IMG/VR virus record: IMGVR_UViG_3300009155_000035
DNA length: 64,000 nucleotides
Strand: one strand, 5' to 3'
DNA from: a virus
Taxonomy: Duplodnaviria > Caudoviricetes
The position numbers and the translations under genes were made by a program. This document shows, piece by piece, positions 1-8,971 of this stretch. How positions within the stretch are numbered: the stretch's first letter is position 1; each line of letters opens with the position of its first letter. Under the pieces are notes generated by a model. That model searched no databases. It saw nothing but the letters and a program-made list of their open reading frames with translations, and was not told where the DNA came from.

Positions 1-2
1 CT

Positions 3-3000
3 TGGAAAACTGTGAGCGGGTTAACAGTGGCAACCACATCACCACCTGATCCGGCCACAGGAGATCTTTGGTTTAATCCCACAACATCTCGTATCAAGGT
101 ATACGGCCCAACCAGTACAGGCCTAGGATGGGTGCCAGTGAATGCAGTCACAGTGGCCACAACTGCGCCAAGTGCTGTGATCGCAGGCGAAATATATTTT
201 AACAGCAACACCAGTCAATTTTTTGTGTACAATGGGACTGGGTGGAGCCTGATTGGCCCCGATGGAGTCAGTGGTTTTGCTACTACACGCTGGGTGAGTG
301 CTTCTTTGAATGATGTGGGCAATGTTGCCCATGCAGTGATTGAATGCACAGTTGACGGAAACATTGTTGCCATTTCCAGCGCAGACAATTTCACAATACT
401 GCCATCCCAGGCACCCACTGGGTTCACCAGTCTGGTTGAAGGTATCAATCTCAGCAGTACAGCCGTGTTAAATGGGGTCGCAACCCGGGCCACAAAGCTT
501 GAAACTGCACGTGGAATCAATGGTGTACCATTTGATGGTACTGCCAATATCACTGTTGTCAATCTTGGTGAACTAATTGCCGGCAGCTACTTGACTGGTA
601 CAAATTACAGTGGGGCTGTCAATCAAACCTGGGCAGTTGATGCAACTTCAATCAACACTGCCAGCAAGGTTGTGGCACGTGATGCCAGCGGCGATTTTTC
701 AGCTAGAACAATAGCTGCCAACCTGATTGGTAACGTATCGGGAATTGCAACCAATGTGTCAGGAGTTGTTGCCTATCAAAACGGTGGCACTGGCTACAGT
801 AGCTATTCTGCTGGTCAGATCCTGGTTGGTAACGGATCTGGTTTGGTTCGAGCATTTGTGTCCGGCACTTCACCAATTGTGGTCAACAGCACTGCCAACG
901 GTATTGCTATTTCCTACACAGGCGGTACCGGCATTGGTAATGTAACATCAGTTGGCATCACAGCAGGACCTGGCATTGGTGTGTCCGGCAGTCCAATCAC
1001 TGGTGCTGGCAATATCCTTGTTACCAACACCGGAGTAACTCAGCTAAATGCCGGGGAGGGTGTAAGCGTCAACAACGTTAACGGCGATGTCACCGTGACC
1101 AACACTGGCGTTAAAAATATTCAAGCAGGTACCGGTATATCGTTATCGGGCACCAATGCCAACCTTACTATTACTAATTCCGGGGTTACCAGGCTAGTTG
1201 CTGGTACAAATATCTCGCTGTCTAGCTCTAATGGTGTGGTTACTATTACTTCCACTGCCAGCGGAGGCGGCTCAAGCTATACACTACCAACTGCCAGTAG
1301 TACAACGCTGGGCGGGGTCAAGATTGGTCCCGGACTTGGTATCAATACTGGCGTGCTTACCAATACTGGGGTAACATCAATCATTGCTGGCAACAACATC
1401 ATTGTCAACGAAAACAATGGTTCTGTGACCATCTCGTCCACTGGCGGGGGTGGCGGCGGCACGATTGTCAGCGTAGAACTGGCAGGATCAATAAAAATCT
1501 GGGGTGGGTTAACTCCACCGGACAACTGGGCAATATGTGATGGTTCGGCTGTGAGTCGTGTTACCTATGCCACACTGTTTCAACGTATAGGCACCACATT
1601 TGGTGCAGGTGATGGTTCTACCTCATTTAACCTACCAGACTTCCGGGGAAAATTTGGGATTGGTACCAGTGCTGGTTATCCTGCAGGCAGCACTGGAGGT
1701 GCCGCAGATGCCAAATTGATTGCTCACCGACACGACTTTGTTGATCCCGCTACCGGGGCAAGATTTTTTGTCAGCAATGATAATTTAAACAGAGGTACCC
1801 CAGGCATTCCGGCCAGCTGGAATACCAACAACCAAGGCGATACGGAACCACGAATAAATAGTCCACGGCTGCAAAATGTCAATTTACCGTTTATAGGCGA
1901 GGGCCCCGAAGATCATGGGGATGCCAGTTACTATTCCTGGACCAGTACCGTGGGTGAACCTGCAACCAATAGCAACTTGCCGCCTTATTTGTCTGCCAAT
2001 TGGATCATCAAGCTCAACGATGCTCCGGTTCCTGGTGGTGGTGGCGGTGGTGGGGGTGGTAGTGGAACTGTTTATGCAGTCACAGCCGGCGATGGTCTAC
2101 TGGGCGGACAAATTACCACAGCTGGAACTATTACTGTTGACTCAACAGTGGCTAGATTAACTGTTCCCCAAACATTTACTTCTTTAAAGAGATTCACCAA
2201 CGGCATAATCAGTCAAGCCTACAATTTTACAACAGCAGGCGCAAGTATTTTTTATGCAGATCCAACATTGCCAGGATTTCAAGAACCAGTAGTGCAGATC
2301 GCAGTTAATGAAGCTTCGGCGACGCCATACGATTATGCTCACCAGTTTTACAATCAAAGATTCGTAGTAGAAGGCAGTGCAGACCCCACAACTCCAGGTA
2401 GTAATAGACCAGCAGGTGGCGCAATTATTGGCATTGACTACGGTAATACTGGCGGCGGCGGAGTGTTTGGATGGCATACCAACAACATACCGGGGCTTGG
2501 TATAGGCACCGGTGGTTACGCCACTAACATGACTTTTACTGGTGCTGTGTTTCAGGGAGTAACAGCTAGACCATCATCAGGAGACTTTGTACAAATTAGA
2601 AGCTACAGTCAAAACGATGTAGTGTTTGAAGTGCGTGGCAATGGCAATGTGTTTTATGCTGGCAGTGTAACTGCACCTGGTGCTGACTATGCTGAATATT
2701 TTGAGTGGGCAGACGGCAACCCCAACAGCGAAGATCGTGTCGGTATCTCTGTAGCACTAGATGGCAACCGTGTACGTCCAGCTGTTCAAGGAGACACGGT
2801 GTTGGGAGTGGTATCTGCTAATCCATCAATAGTGGGTGACGGCGCTGAACTGGCCTGGGCAGGTCAATACTTACACGATGATTGGGGGCGTGTGCTCACT
2901 GAAGAATATCATGCCTACAACTGGACTGATGAGAAAGGTAAACATCACTCGGTGGCCAGCTTTGAAGACACCAGTGGTGTTCCAGATTCTGCTGTAATGA

Positions 3001-3215
3001 CCACAGTAGATGGATTAGGCAACAAACTTGTGCGTCCAGTTTTGAATCCTGCCTACAACCCAGATATCAAGTATGTTCCACGAAGCAAACGTCCTGAGTG
3101 GGCGCCAGTGGGACTCATGGGCAAGTTGCGTTTGCGCAAAGGACAAGTTACAGGAGCTGGTTGGATCAAACTGCGTGACATCAGTGACACAGTAGAAGAG
3201 TGGTTGGTCAAGTAA
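3..3215 (+). CDS. Tail fibre protein (5'-truncated by window edge) with tail-collar domain and C-terminal peptidase G2-like intramolecular chaperone
   Basis: Frame is open from the window start. Repeated NTGVTxLxAGxGIS units; tail-collar motif GSIKIWGG..WAICDGSAVSRVTYATLFQRIGTTFGAGDGSTSFNLPDFRG; C-terminal GADYAEYFEWADGN...RPEWAPVGLMGKL. Confidence 0.88.
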   Translation, partial: WKTVSGLTVATTSPPDPATGDLWFNPTTSRIKVYGPTSTGLGWVPVNAVTVATTAPSAVIAGEIYFNSNTSQFFVYNGTGWSLIGPDGVSGFATTRWVSASLNDVGNVAHAVIECTVDGNIVAISSADNFTILPSQAPTGFTSLVEGINLSSTAVLNGVATRATKLETARGINGVPFDGTANITVVNLGELIAGSYLTGTNYSGAVNQTWAVDATSINTASKVVARDASGDFSARTIAANLIGNVSGIATNVSGVVAYQNGGTGYSSYSAGQILVGNGSGLVRAFVSGTSPIVVNSTANGIAISYTGGTGIGNVTSVGITAGPGIGVSGSPITGAGNILVTNTGVTQLNAGEGVSVNNVNGDVTVTNTGVKNIQAGTGISLSGTNANLTITNSGVTRLVAGTNISLSSSNGVVTITSTASGGGSSYTLPTASSTTLGGVKIGPGLGINTGVLTNTGVTSIIAGNNIIVNENNGSVTISSTGGGGGGTIVSVELAGSIKIWGGLTPPDNWAICDGSAVSRVTYATLFQRIGTTFGAGDGSTSFNLPDFRGKFGIGTSAGYPAGSTGGAADAKLIAHRHDFVDPATGARFFVSNDNLNRGTPGIPASWNTNNQGDTEPRINSPRLQNVNLPFIGEGPEDHGDASYYSWTSTVGEPATNSNLPPYLSANWIIKLNDAPVPGGGGGGGGGSGTVYAVTAGDGLLGGQITTAGTITVDSTVARLTVPQTFTSLKRFTNGIISQAYNFTTAGASIFYADPTLPGFQEPVVQIAVNEASATPYDYAHQFYNQRFVVEGSADPTTPGSNRPAGGAIIGIDYGNTGGGGVFGWHTNNIPGLGIGTGGYATNMTFTGAVFQGVTARPSSGDFVQIRSYSQNDVVFEVRGNGNVFYAGSVTAPGADYAEYFEWADGNPNSEDRVGISVALDGNRVRPAVQGDTVLGVVSANPSIVGDGAELAWAGQYLHDDWGRVLTEEYHAYNWTDEKGKHHSVASFEDTSGVPDSAVMTTVDGLGNKLVRPVLNPAYNPDIKYVPRSKRPEWAPVGLMGKLRLRKGQVTGAGWIKLRDISDTVEEWLVK

Positions 3216-3228
3216 ATTGCCAATATCC

Positions 3229-3258
3229 TTGACAAGGTATAAATAGATACTCTATAAT
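3229..3258 (+). promoter_or_regulatory. sigma70 promoter with a nested T4-late-like TATAAATA box
   Basis: TTGACA(3229)-18 nt-TATAAT(3253); TATAAATA at 3238-3245 lies in the spacer. Confidence 0.8.
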
Positions 3259-3269
3259 ATAACACAATC

Positions 3270-3383
3270 ATGAACTTATTCAGATCAATGATATCACCAC
3301 AAGGGTTACAAAAACCTTGTGGTTCATCGCCTGTTGAATCCTTCAATACATCATATATTGATCGTGACGCGGGGTCCAAGTAG
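3270..3383 (+). CDS. Putative 37-aa leader peptide (MNLFRSMISPQGLQKPCGSSPVESFNTSYIDRDAGSK)
   Basis: ATG directly after the promoter; stop codon lies inside an alternative hairpin upstream of a terminator. Confidence 0.5.
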   Translation: MNLFRSMISPQGLQKPCGSSPVESFNTSYIDRDAGSK

Positions 3384-3407
3384 AATTCGCTAGTACTATT
3401 CTACAAA

Positions 3408-3446
3408 GACCCTAGACTCGAAAGATTCTAGGGTTTTTTATTTTTT
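3408..3446 (+). terminator. Intrinsic terminator (attenuator terminator)
   Basis: GACCCTAGA / TCTAGGGTT stem followed by TTTTTTATTTTTT. Confidence 0.8.
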
Positions 3447-3450
3447 AACT

Positions 3451-3615
3451 ATGGAAACAACCAAAGAACAACGCAAACAACAACAAGAAAAGTACACACG
3501 TGAGCATACTTTGAGCCAAGATCAGCTCAAGAAACTGATCAAAGACAAGTTTGAACGTGCCAGTGCAATGTACTATTCGATAGCAAAGCGCGAATCTGTC
3601 CAGAATGACAGATGA
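3451..3615 (+). CDS. Hypothetical 54-aa Lys/Gln-rich protein
   Basis: ORF METTKEQRKQQQEKYTREHTLSQDQLKKLIKDKFERASAMYYSIAKRESVQNDR, read by hand. Confidence 0.55.
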   Translation: METTKEQRKQQQEKYTREHTLSQDQLKKLIKDKFERASAMYYSIAKRESVQNDR

Positions 3616-3790
3616 TGACCGCAAGTGTTAAACATGGTAACGAGGACCATACTGCGCACTATAAACATGCAGTGAACGGGCGGAGTCTCGGATTGAAACT
3701 GTGGCGGAAACGCAGGAGTAAAATGAGCAGTCAGGGGACGGCCCTGGCTATATTAAAGCATTTTGTAATCAGAATTCTTTAATATGGTTA
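3616..3790 (+). ncRNA. Candidate structured ncRNA, family unknown
   Basis: GC-rich non-coding island with several hairpins (ATGGT/ACCAT, GCG-GAAA-CGC, CAGGG/CCCTG) ending in a 15-bp stem 3748-3787. Confidence 0.4.
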
Positions 3791-3808
3791 AATAAAATTT
3801 GTGGATTC

Positions 3809-3837
3809 TTGACAAAACTCAGTAGAAACCATATAAT
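3809..3837 (+). promoter_or_regulatory. Consensus sigma70 promoter
   Basis: TTGACA-17-TATAAT; AAGGA RBS before ATG 3861. Confidence 0.88.
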
Positions 3838-3860
3838 ATATCATTTAACAAGGAAACTTT

Positions 3861-4760
3861 ATGACTACAACAATTACTATCAAAGACAAAGCAGTTAACA
3901 CTACATACCAAAATGTTACAGGTATCACTGGTGGTGCCGGCGCCGATGCCGCATTTGATGTTACAAAAACTAACGGAGTTTATTCCGTTGTATTAGATTC
4001 ACTAGCAGCCAGCGCAGGACATGGCTATGTTGCCGGCGATACAATTACTCTTGCTGGTACAGCATTGGGTGGCACAAGTGCTAACAACTTGATCATTACA
4101 GTTGCCACAGTTGGTACAGCAGGTAAGATTGCTACATTTGGTGTAGTAGGCACAGGCCGCATCGGTGATGGTACAGTTGATGTTGTTGTGGATGTAACAG
4201 GTACCACAGGTGTTGACACTTACACCATGGGTGGTGCTAGCACAGAATACACTCTTACTAAAACTGCCGACAATGTAAAGTTAGCCAGCACTTTGGTTAG
4301 CAACATGGAATTTAACCTTGCTGACCACGAGCGTGTTGTGTTCACAGACAAAGCCATTGCTTATGATGCCGCTGGTCGTGCTGGTGATGTATACGCATTG
4401 CTAGCAGCCGCATTAGGTACAGCAGATGTTACTAAAGCCTATGAAGGTGTCGGTATCTATCTTGCTGACGCAGGTTGGACCAACAAACAACTAGCAACAG
4501 CATTGTTGGCCACAGACACTTACAAAACTGACGCCGGTGGTGTAAGCGATGAAACATTCATCAAGCACGTTTATAAAAATGTTTTTGGTACTGATGCTAC
4601 ATTTTCTCAAGTTACAGCATACACAACATGGATGCACAATAGCAATTTAAGTCAAGCAGATGTTTTGGTGGCCGCAAGCGAATTGCCAGCGTTTGAAACC
4701 ACTATTGGCCTGGTTGGTCTTGCTACTACTGGGATCGAGTACACACCATACGTTGCTTAA
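3861..4760 (+). CDS. S-layer/RTX-like protein with DUF4214-like C-terminal domain
   Basis: Thr/Ala/Gly-rich N-terminus; ERVVFTDKAIAYD..AGDVYALLAAALG..SDETFIKHVYKNVFG resembles DUF4214. Confidence 0.6.
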   Translation: MTTTITIKDKAVNTTYQNVTGITGGAGADAAFDVTKTNGVYSVVLDSLAASAGHGYVAGDTITLAGTALGGTSANNLIITVATVGTAGKIATFGVVGTGRIGDGTVDVVVDVTGTTGVDTYTMGGASTEYTLTKTADNVKLASTLVSNMEFNLADHERVVFTDKAIAYDAAGRAGDVYALLAAALGTADVTKAYEGVGIYLADAGWTNKQLATALLATDTYKTDAGGVSDETFIKHVYKNVFGTDATFSQVTAYTTWMHNSNLSQADVLVAASELPAFETTIGLVGLATTGIEYTPYVA

Positions 4761-4783
4761 ACTTAGTTTAAACAAAGTGTCTG

Positions 4784-4808
4784 AAAGGTTGCAGTGCAAC
4801 CTTTTTTT
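4784..4808 (+). terminator. Intrinsic terminator
   Basis: AAAGGTTG/CAACCTTT stem followed by a T-run. Confidence 0.75.
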
Positions 4809-4824
4809 GCGTTAAATACACAAT

Positions 4825-6501
4825 ATGTTTGACAATTCTAAACCCAATATTATAATGCTCACTGACATAACTGATCCCATCTTGTTATCTAAGATGTTTG
4901 GGGTGAGTAAAGTTGCATGTGAATTACGCAACGCTGGATTTGAGGTTGCAGTAATAAATCACTTGCACGTTTTTAGTATTGACGAACTCAAAAACATGTT
5001 GTCGCAAATGGTGAATGAAAATACCTTGTTCATTGGGACAAGTCCATTTGTGTACAAGAATATCAGTTCCACTGTTGACTTGGGTTTTACCCACAACAAA
5101 GGTGGTGTCAGCTATGGACCCAAGGAGTGGGGATCGTTTTTGCCACATGGGTTGCATTACAATGCTGAGATCAAATCACTGGTCAAGGGTATCAATCCCA
5201 AGTGCAAATTTGTGCTTGGTGGCCCAGATGCCCAGGACCGTGAGTACGCTCGAGATTATGATTATGTAGTAATTGGTTATTCTGATAATTCAGTTATTGA
5301 TCTAGCACGTCACTTGGCATACAATGTGCCACTCTCAAACACTCGCAAAAGTTTGTTTGGTCCTGTTATCGTTGATGATCGTGAAGCCATTGGTTATGAT
5401 TTTGCCAACAGCATCATGCGTTATGAAAGCCACGATGTGATCATGCCTGGCGAAACACTAATGACTGAGATTGCACGTGGATGCATTTTCCAATGTGGAT
5501 TTTGTAGCTACCCATTGAACGGCAAGAAGAAACTGGATTTTATCAAGAGTGAAGAAGCATTGTACACCGAGTTCATGGACAACTATGAGCGGTGGGGTGT
5601 AACTCGTTATTTGTTTGTTGATGACACATACAATGACAGTGAACAAAAAGTTGAGATGATGCATCGTCTCAGCAAACGACTACCATTTAATCTTGAATAC
5701 TGGGCCACAATGCGTGTTGACTTGCTGGCAGCTCATCCTCATCACATTGACTTGCTGTATGAGAGTGGCTGTCGTGGTTACATGTTTGGTGTTGAAACAC
5801 TAAACGAAGAAACTGGAAAAATAATTGGCAAGGGCGGCAATCGAGAACGTATTGTCAAAGCCATCAACACTATAAAAGAACGCTATGGCAACAAGGTAAT
5901 GTTGCATGGAGGTTTTATCTTTGGTTTGCCCAAGGAATCCATTGATAGCATGCGTGAAACTGCCAATCGTTGTATCAGTGGCGACATCAAATTGGACAGC
6001 TATGTTTTTCATGCGTTTAGACTCATGCAACCTGGCAATAGCTATACCAGCAAATTTGACAAAGATCCTGGCAAGTATGGCTATCGTTTGCTAGGTGATA
6101 CTAAAACAGTTGACAGCAATGTTAGTGGATTTGATGCCAAAGCAGGTAATAGACTTGTCTGGGAAAACGACTACACCAACTACTATGAATGCGAAGCGTT
6201 GACCAAAGAGTTTATGGAGCTCAGTGCTTACAAAACCATGAGCAACAAGATCAATGGAACGTCAACATTTTGGTTTGCTGGCATGGGATTTAATCTAGAC
6301 TTCACTGCCAACAAAAATGTAAGTGAAGTAAATTGGCAAGTGGTTGATATACGCAAAAAACAACTAGCCAAACGATACAAAAATCAATTGTACAAAGAGT
6401 TGCAAATTTCTCCTATGCCTGTTACAATACCAACAAGCACCAAGGACAATGCTCAAATTATTGAACAAATACGCGATTTAGACTTAATGGTAAAACCCTA
6501 A
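4825..6501 (+). CDS. Cobalamin-binding (class B-like) radical SAM protein
   Basis: EIARGCIFQCGFC (CxxxCxxC); N-terminal FVLGGP B12-domain-like segment; FVDDTYN and FGVETLN motifs. Confidence 0.85.
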   Translation: MFDNSKPNIIMLTDITDPILLSKMFGVSKVACELRNAGFEVAVINHLHVFSIDELKNMLSQMVNENTLFIGTSPFVYKNISSTVDLGFTHNKGGVSYGPKEWGSFLPHGLHYNAEIKSLVKGINPKCKFVLGGPDAQDREYARDYDYVVIGYSDNSVIDLARHLAYNVPLSNTRKSLFGPVIVDDREAIGYDFANSIMRYESHDVIMPGETLMTEIARGCIFQCGFCSYPLNGKKKLDFIKSEEALYTEFMDNYERWGVTRYLFVDDTYNDSEQKVEMMHRLSKRLPFNLEYWATMRVDLLAAHPHHIDLLYESGCRGYMFGVETLNEETGKIIGKGGNRERIVKAINTIKERYGNKVMLHGGFIFGLPKESIDSMRETANRCISGDIKLDSYVFHAFRLMQPGNSYTSKFDKDPGKYGYRLLGDTKTVDSNVSGFDAKAGNRLVWENDYTNYYECEALTKEFMELSAYKTMSNKINGTSTFWFAGMGFNLDFTANKNVSEVNWQVVDIRKKQLAKRYKNQLYKELQISPMPVTIPTSTKDNAQIIEQIRDLDLMVKP

Positions 6502-6617
6502 TGCTTATAGTTAAGGCTGTGAAAGAAAGATGTCTAGCCAACTTCCCTAACTGCCAAGGGACGTACACTACCCCAATCCTCTGCAACCAATGGTTGAACT
6601 GGGTGGCACCCAGATGA
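6501..6617 (+). CDS. Putative 38-aa Cys/Trp-rich peptide (MLIVKAVKERCLANFPNCQGTYTTPILCNQWLNWVAPR)
   Basis: ATG overlaps the radical SAM stop codon (TAATG); too short for the ORF track. Confidence 0.4.
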   Translation: MLIVKAVKERCLANFPNCQGTYTTPILCNQWLNWVAPR

Positions 6618-6706
6618 GCATGATCAAGGGAAGTCAAACTCTAGGTTGGTACCCTAGGTAACATGGTTTGACTTTTAAACACACGGCAGTAGCCTTAACT
6701 ATAACT

Positions 6707-7252
6707 ATGACAGATACTTTAACATTGACATTTCGCAGTCATGAGTGCAACGGTTATCCAAAAGCACGGATATGCGTCAACGGAAATCTAGTGTGCGATC
6801 ACAGTTTTACACAAGATGTTGAAGATATCACAATTGCAATTGACAGTGTACAAGAATTCAATACACTGACCGTTGAACGCTATGGCAAAGAAAACCATCA
6901 CATGGTGTTTGAAAACAATCAAATCCTCAAGGATCAAGTTTTAGAAATCATAGGTGGCCGGGTGCGTAGCGCACGACTACCTGACTATATTTTCGACAAG
7001 CACTCGTGCTTTGAGTTTCATGGTCAAGTGCATCCAGGGTCGAGATACTTTGGGCCCAATGGCACGTGGACATTTAAATTTGGCTCGCCTGTTGTGACAT
7101 GGGCACTGGATCAAAAGATTTTGCAGGAAGCTGAGTACAATCAAGACTTTCAATATGCATGGTCCACTCAACTCGGGCCCGACAGTGCTGTTAACATATT
7201 AAAAGAGCTTGCCCAGGTCAGAGAAAAACTAGAAAAATCGGACATAAAATAA
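6707..7252 (+). CDS. Hypothetical radical-SAM-associated protein (paralog family, copy 1)
   Basis: CNGYPKARICVNG...YFGPNGTWTFKFGSP; similar to 49452-49955; ATG 6707 preferred over TTG 6668. Confidence 0.7.
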   Translation: MTDTLTLTFRSHECNGYPKARICVNGNLVCDHSFTQDVEDITIAIDSVQEFNTLTVERYGKENHHMVFENNQILKDQVLEIIGGRVRSARLPDYIFDKHSCFEFHGQVHPGSRYFGPNGTWTFKFGSPVVTWALDQKILQEAEYNQDFQYAWSTQLGPDSAVNILKELAQVREKLEKSDIK

Positions 7253-7253
7253 C

Positions 7254-8744
7254 ATGCGAGTATCTTGTTTAGCCATTGATGTTACCAATCCCGACAAGCC
7301 AGCGGCTTCGTTGGCCTTTATGTGCGGAGTATGTGAGCACCTTGACTTGGATTACCAAGCACTGAGCATCAACACCGAAATGCTGTTGCACACACATAGA
7401 GAAGACTACAATCGTGTACACAATGCACTCAAGCTAAACGACTTTGATAGACTACAACAACTATCAGATCCCATCGCAAACATCATACTAAAACAAATAC
7501 AAGACTACGGCCCAGACATAATCATGGTGTCGTTATTTTCTTGGATGCAGTTTCCGCTGGCAAAAATCATTCTTGATAAAATTCGTAGTAGTGGATGCTC
7601 GGCAGAGATCATTGCTGGCGGACCTGGTATTCAGTCCGAGGATACTGCCAAGGTCACAAATGGTAAAAAACTAGCACAGAAAAATCTAATAGACTATTAT
7701 GTACTTGGCGAAGGTGACGAAGTACTGGTTCGATTCTTGCAGGGAGAGAGAACACTGCTGGGACTCAATAGCCGCACTGACCGTTTTGGAGAATCTTGGG
7801 TTCCACAGATTGATGATCTAGATCGTCACTACGTCAAGCCAAGTTATAAAAAAATCAACCTTGATGTTTACCACAACCTTGAATACAAAGAAAAAGCAGT
7901 ACTCAGTGTCAGCACCAGCCGTGGATGTGTTCGGGCATGCAGTTTCTGCGATGTGATCAATGTGTGGCCCAAGTTTAGATACCGAAGTGGTAAATTGGTT
8001 GCCGAAGAGATTTTGCAATTGCACAAAGAAACAGGTGCTGTTAATTTTACCATTGTAGACAGTTTGATCAATGGCAGTTTAAAAAGTTTTAGAGACTTCA
8101 ATGATGAAGTTGTTTGTATAAAAGAAAAAACGCCCAGCCTAGAAAAAATGAGTTACAATGGACTGTTTATTGTACGTCCACGCAACACACACAAAGAAGA
8201 TTTGTTCAAGACCATGGCTGCCGCTGGATGTGAAAGCCTAGCAATTGGCGTTGAAACCGGCAGTGACAATTTGCGCATGCAAATGGCCAAAAAGTTTACA
8301 AACGATGACTTGGACTATCATCTTGAGATGTGTCAAAAGTACGGCATACGAAACACCATGCTGTTGTTTGTGGGTTATCCCACAGAGACACGAGATGACT
8401 TTGAGCAGACCTTGCGCATGCTTGAACGCTATCAACATTACTTAATTGATAACACAATTATATCGTTAAACTTTTCCGGAGTGTTTAGTATGTATACCAA
8501 CACACCAATATACAATGATGCGGCTCACCTGGGTATTGAAATTGTCGAAACTGACAGTCAACAAATGAAAATGTTGAATTGGGTCAACGTCAACAATCCA
8601 GATTTGACTGTTCGAGAACGCATCATGCGAGATCTTACATTTAGACAACGAGCTGCCGAACTAAGATACCCAATCCCAAATTCGGCCAGATACTTGGAAT
8701 ATCTGCAACACATTGATAAAAATTTTATTCCTGTGTCTGATTAG
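7254..8744 (+). CDS. Cobalamin-binding radical SAM protein
   Basis: SRGCVRACSFCD; IIAGGPG; GEGDE; IGVETGSD; paralog of 47996-49465. Confidence 0.88.
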   Translation: MRVSCLAIDVTNPDKPAASLAFMCGVCEHLDLDYQALSINTEMLLHTHREDYNRVHNALKLNDFDRLQQLSDPIANIILKQIQDYGPDIIMVSLFSWMQFPLAKIILDKIRSSGCSAEIIAGGPGIQSEDTAKVTNGKKLAQKNLIDYYVLGEGDEVLVRFLQGERTLLGLNSRTDRFGESWVPQIDDLDRHYVKPSYKKINLDVYHNLEYKEKAVLSVSTSRGCVRACSFCDVINVWPKFRYRSGKLVAEEILQLHKETGAVNFTIVDSLINGSLKSFRDFNDEVVCIKEKTPSLEKMSYNGLFIVRPRNTHKEDLFKTMAAAGCESLAIGVETGSDNLRMQMAKKFTNDDLDYHLEMCQKYGIRNTMLLFVGYPTETRDDFEQTLRMLERYQHYLIDNTIISLNFSGVFSMYTNTPIYNDAAHLGIEIVETDSQQMKMLNWVNVNNPDLTVRERIMRDLTFRQRAAELRYPIPNSARYLEYLQHIDKNFIPVSD

Positions 8745-8773
8745 TTGACTTTTTACATTTACTCTGTTACAAT
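8745..8773 (+). promoter_or_regulatory. sigma70 promoter with extended -10
   Basis: TTGACT-17-TACAAT with TG at the extended -10 position. Confidence 0.75.
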
Positions 8774-8779
8774 CTATCT

Positions 8780-8971
8780 ATGAAAGATATTATCACTGGT
8801 ATACTATACCTAGCAATGGGTTTGTTTTTTAATTACTACTCACGCAATTATGCGTTTGGTACATCACATTCCATGGGTCCCGGTTACTTTCCTGCTATCC
8901 TTTCAACAGGATTAATGATCCTGGGTATTTTGATTGCAAGCATTGGGGTTTATAAAAAATGGAAATCATAA
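8780..8971 (+). CDS. tctB: Short TctB-like membrane subunit (63 aa, two TM helices)
   Basis: MGPGYFP motif between two hydrophobic segments; stop overlaps the tctA start. Confidence 0.7.
   Translation: MKDIITGILYLAMGLFFNYYSRNYAFGTSHSMGPGYFPAILSTGLMILGILIASIGVYKKWKS

Noticed and set aside
2030-2065. (GGT/GGC)n runs, also at about 1444-1460 and 26609
   Set aside because: These are poly-glycine linkers or motifs in coding sequence, not functional DNA repeats.
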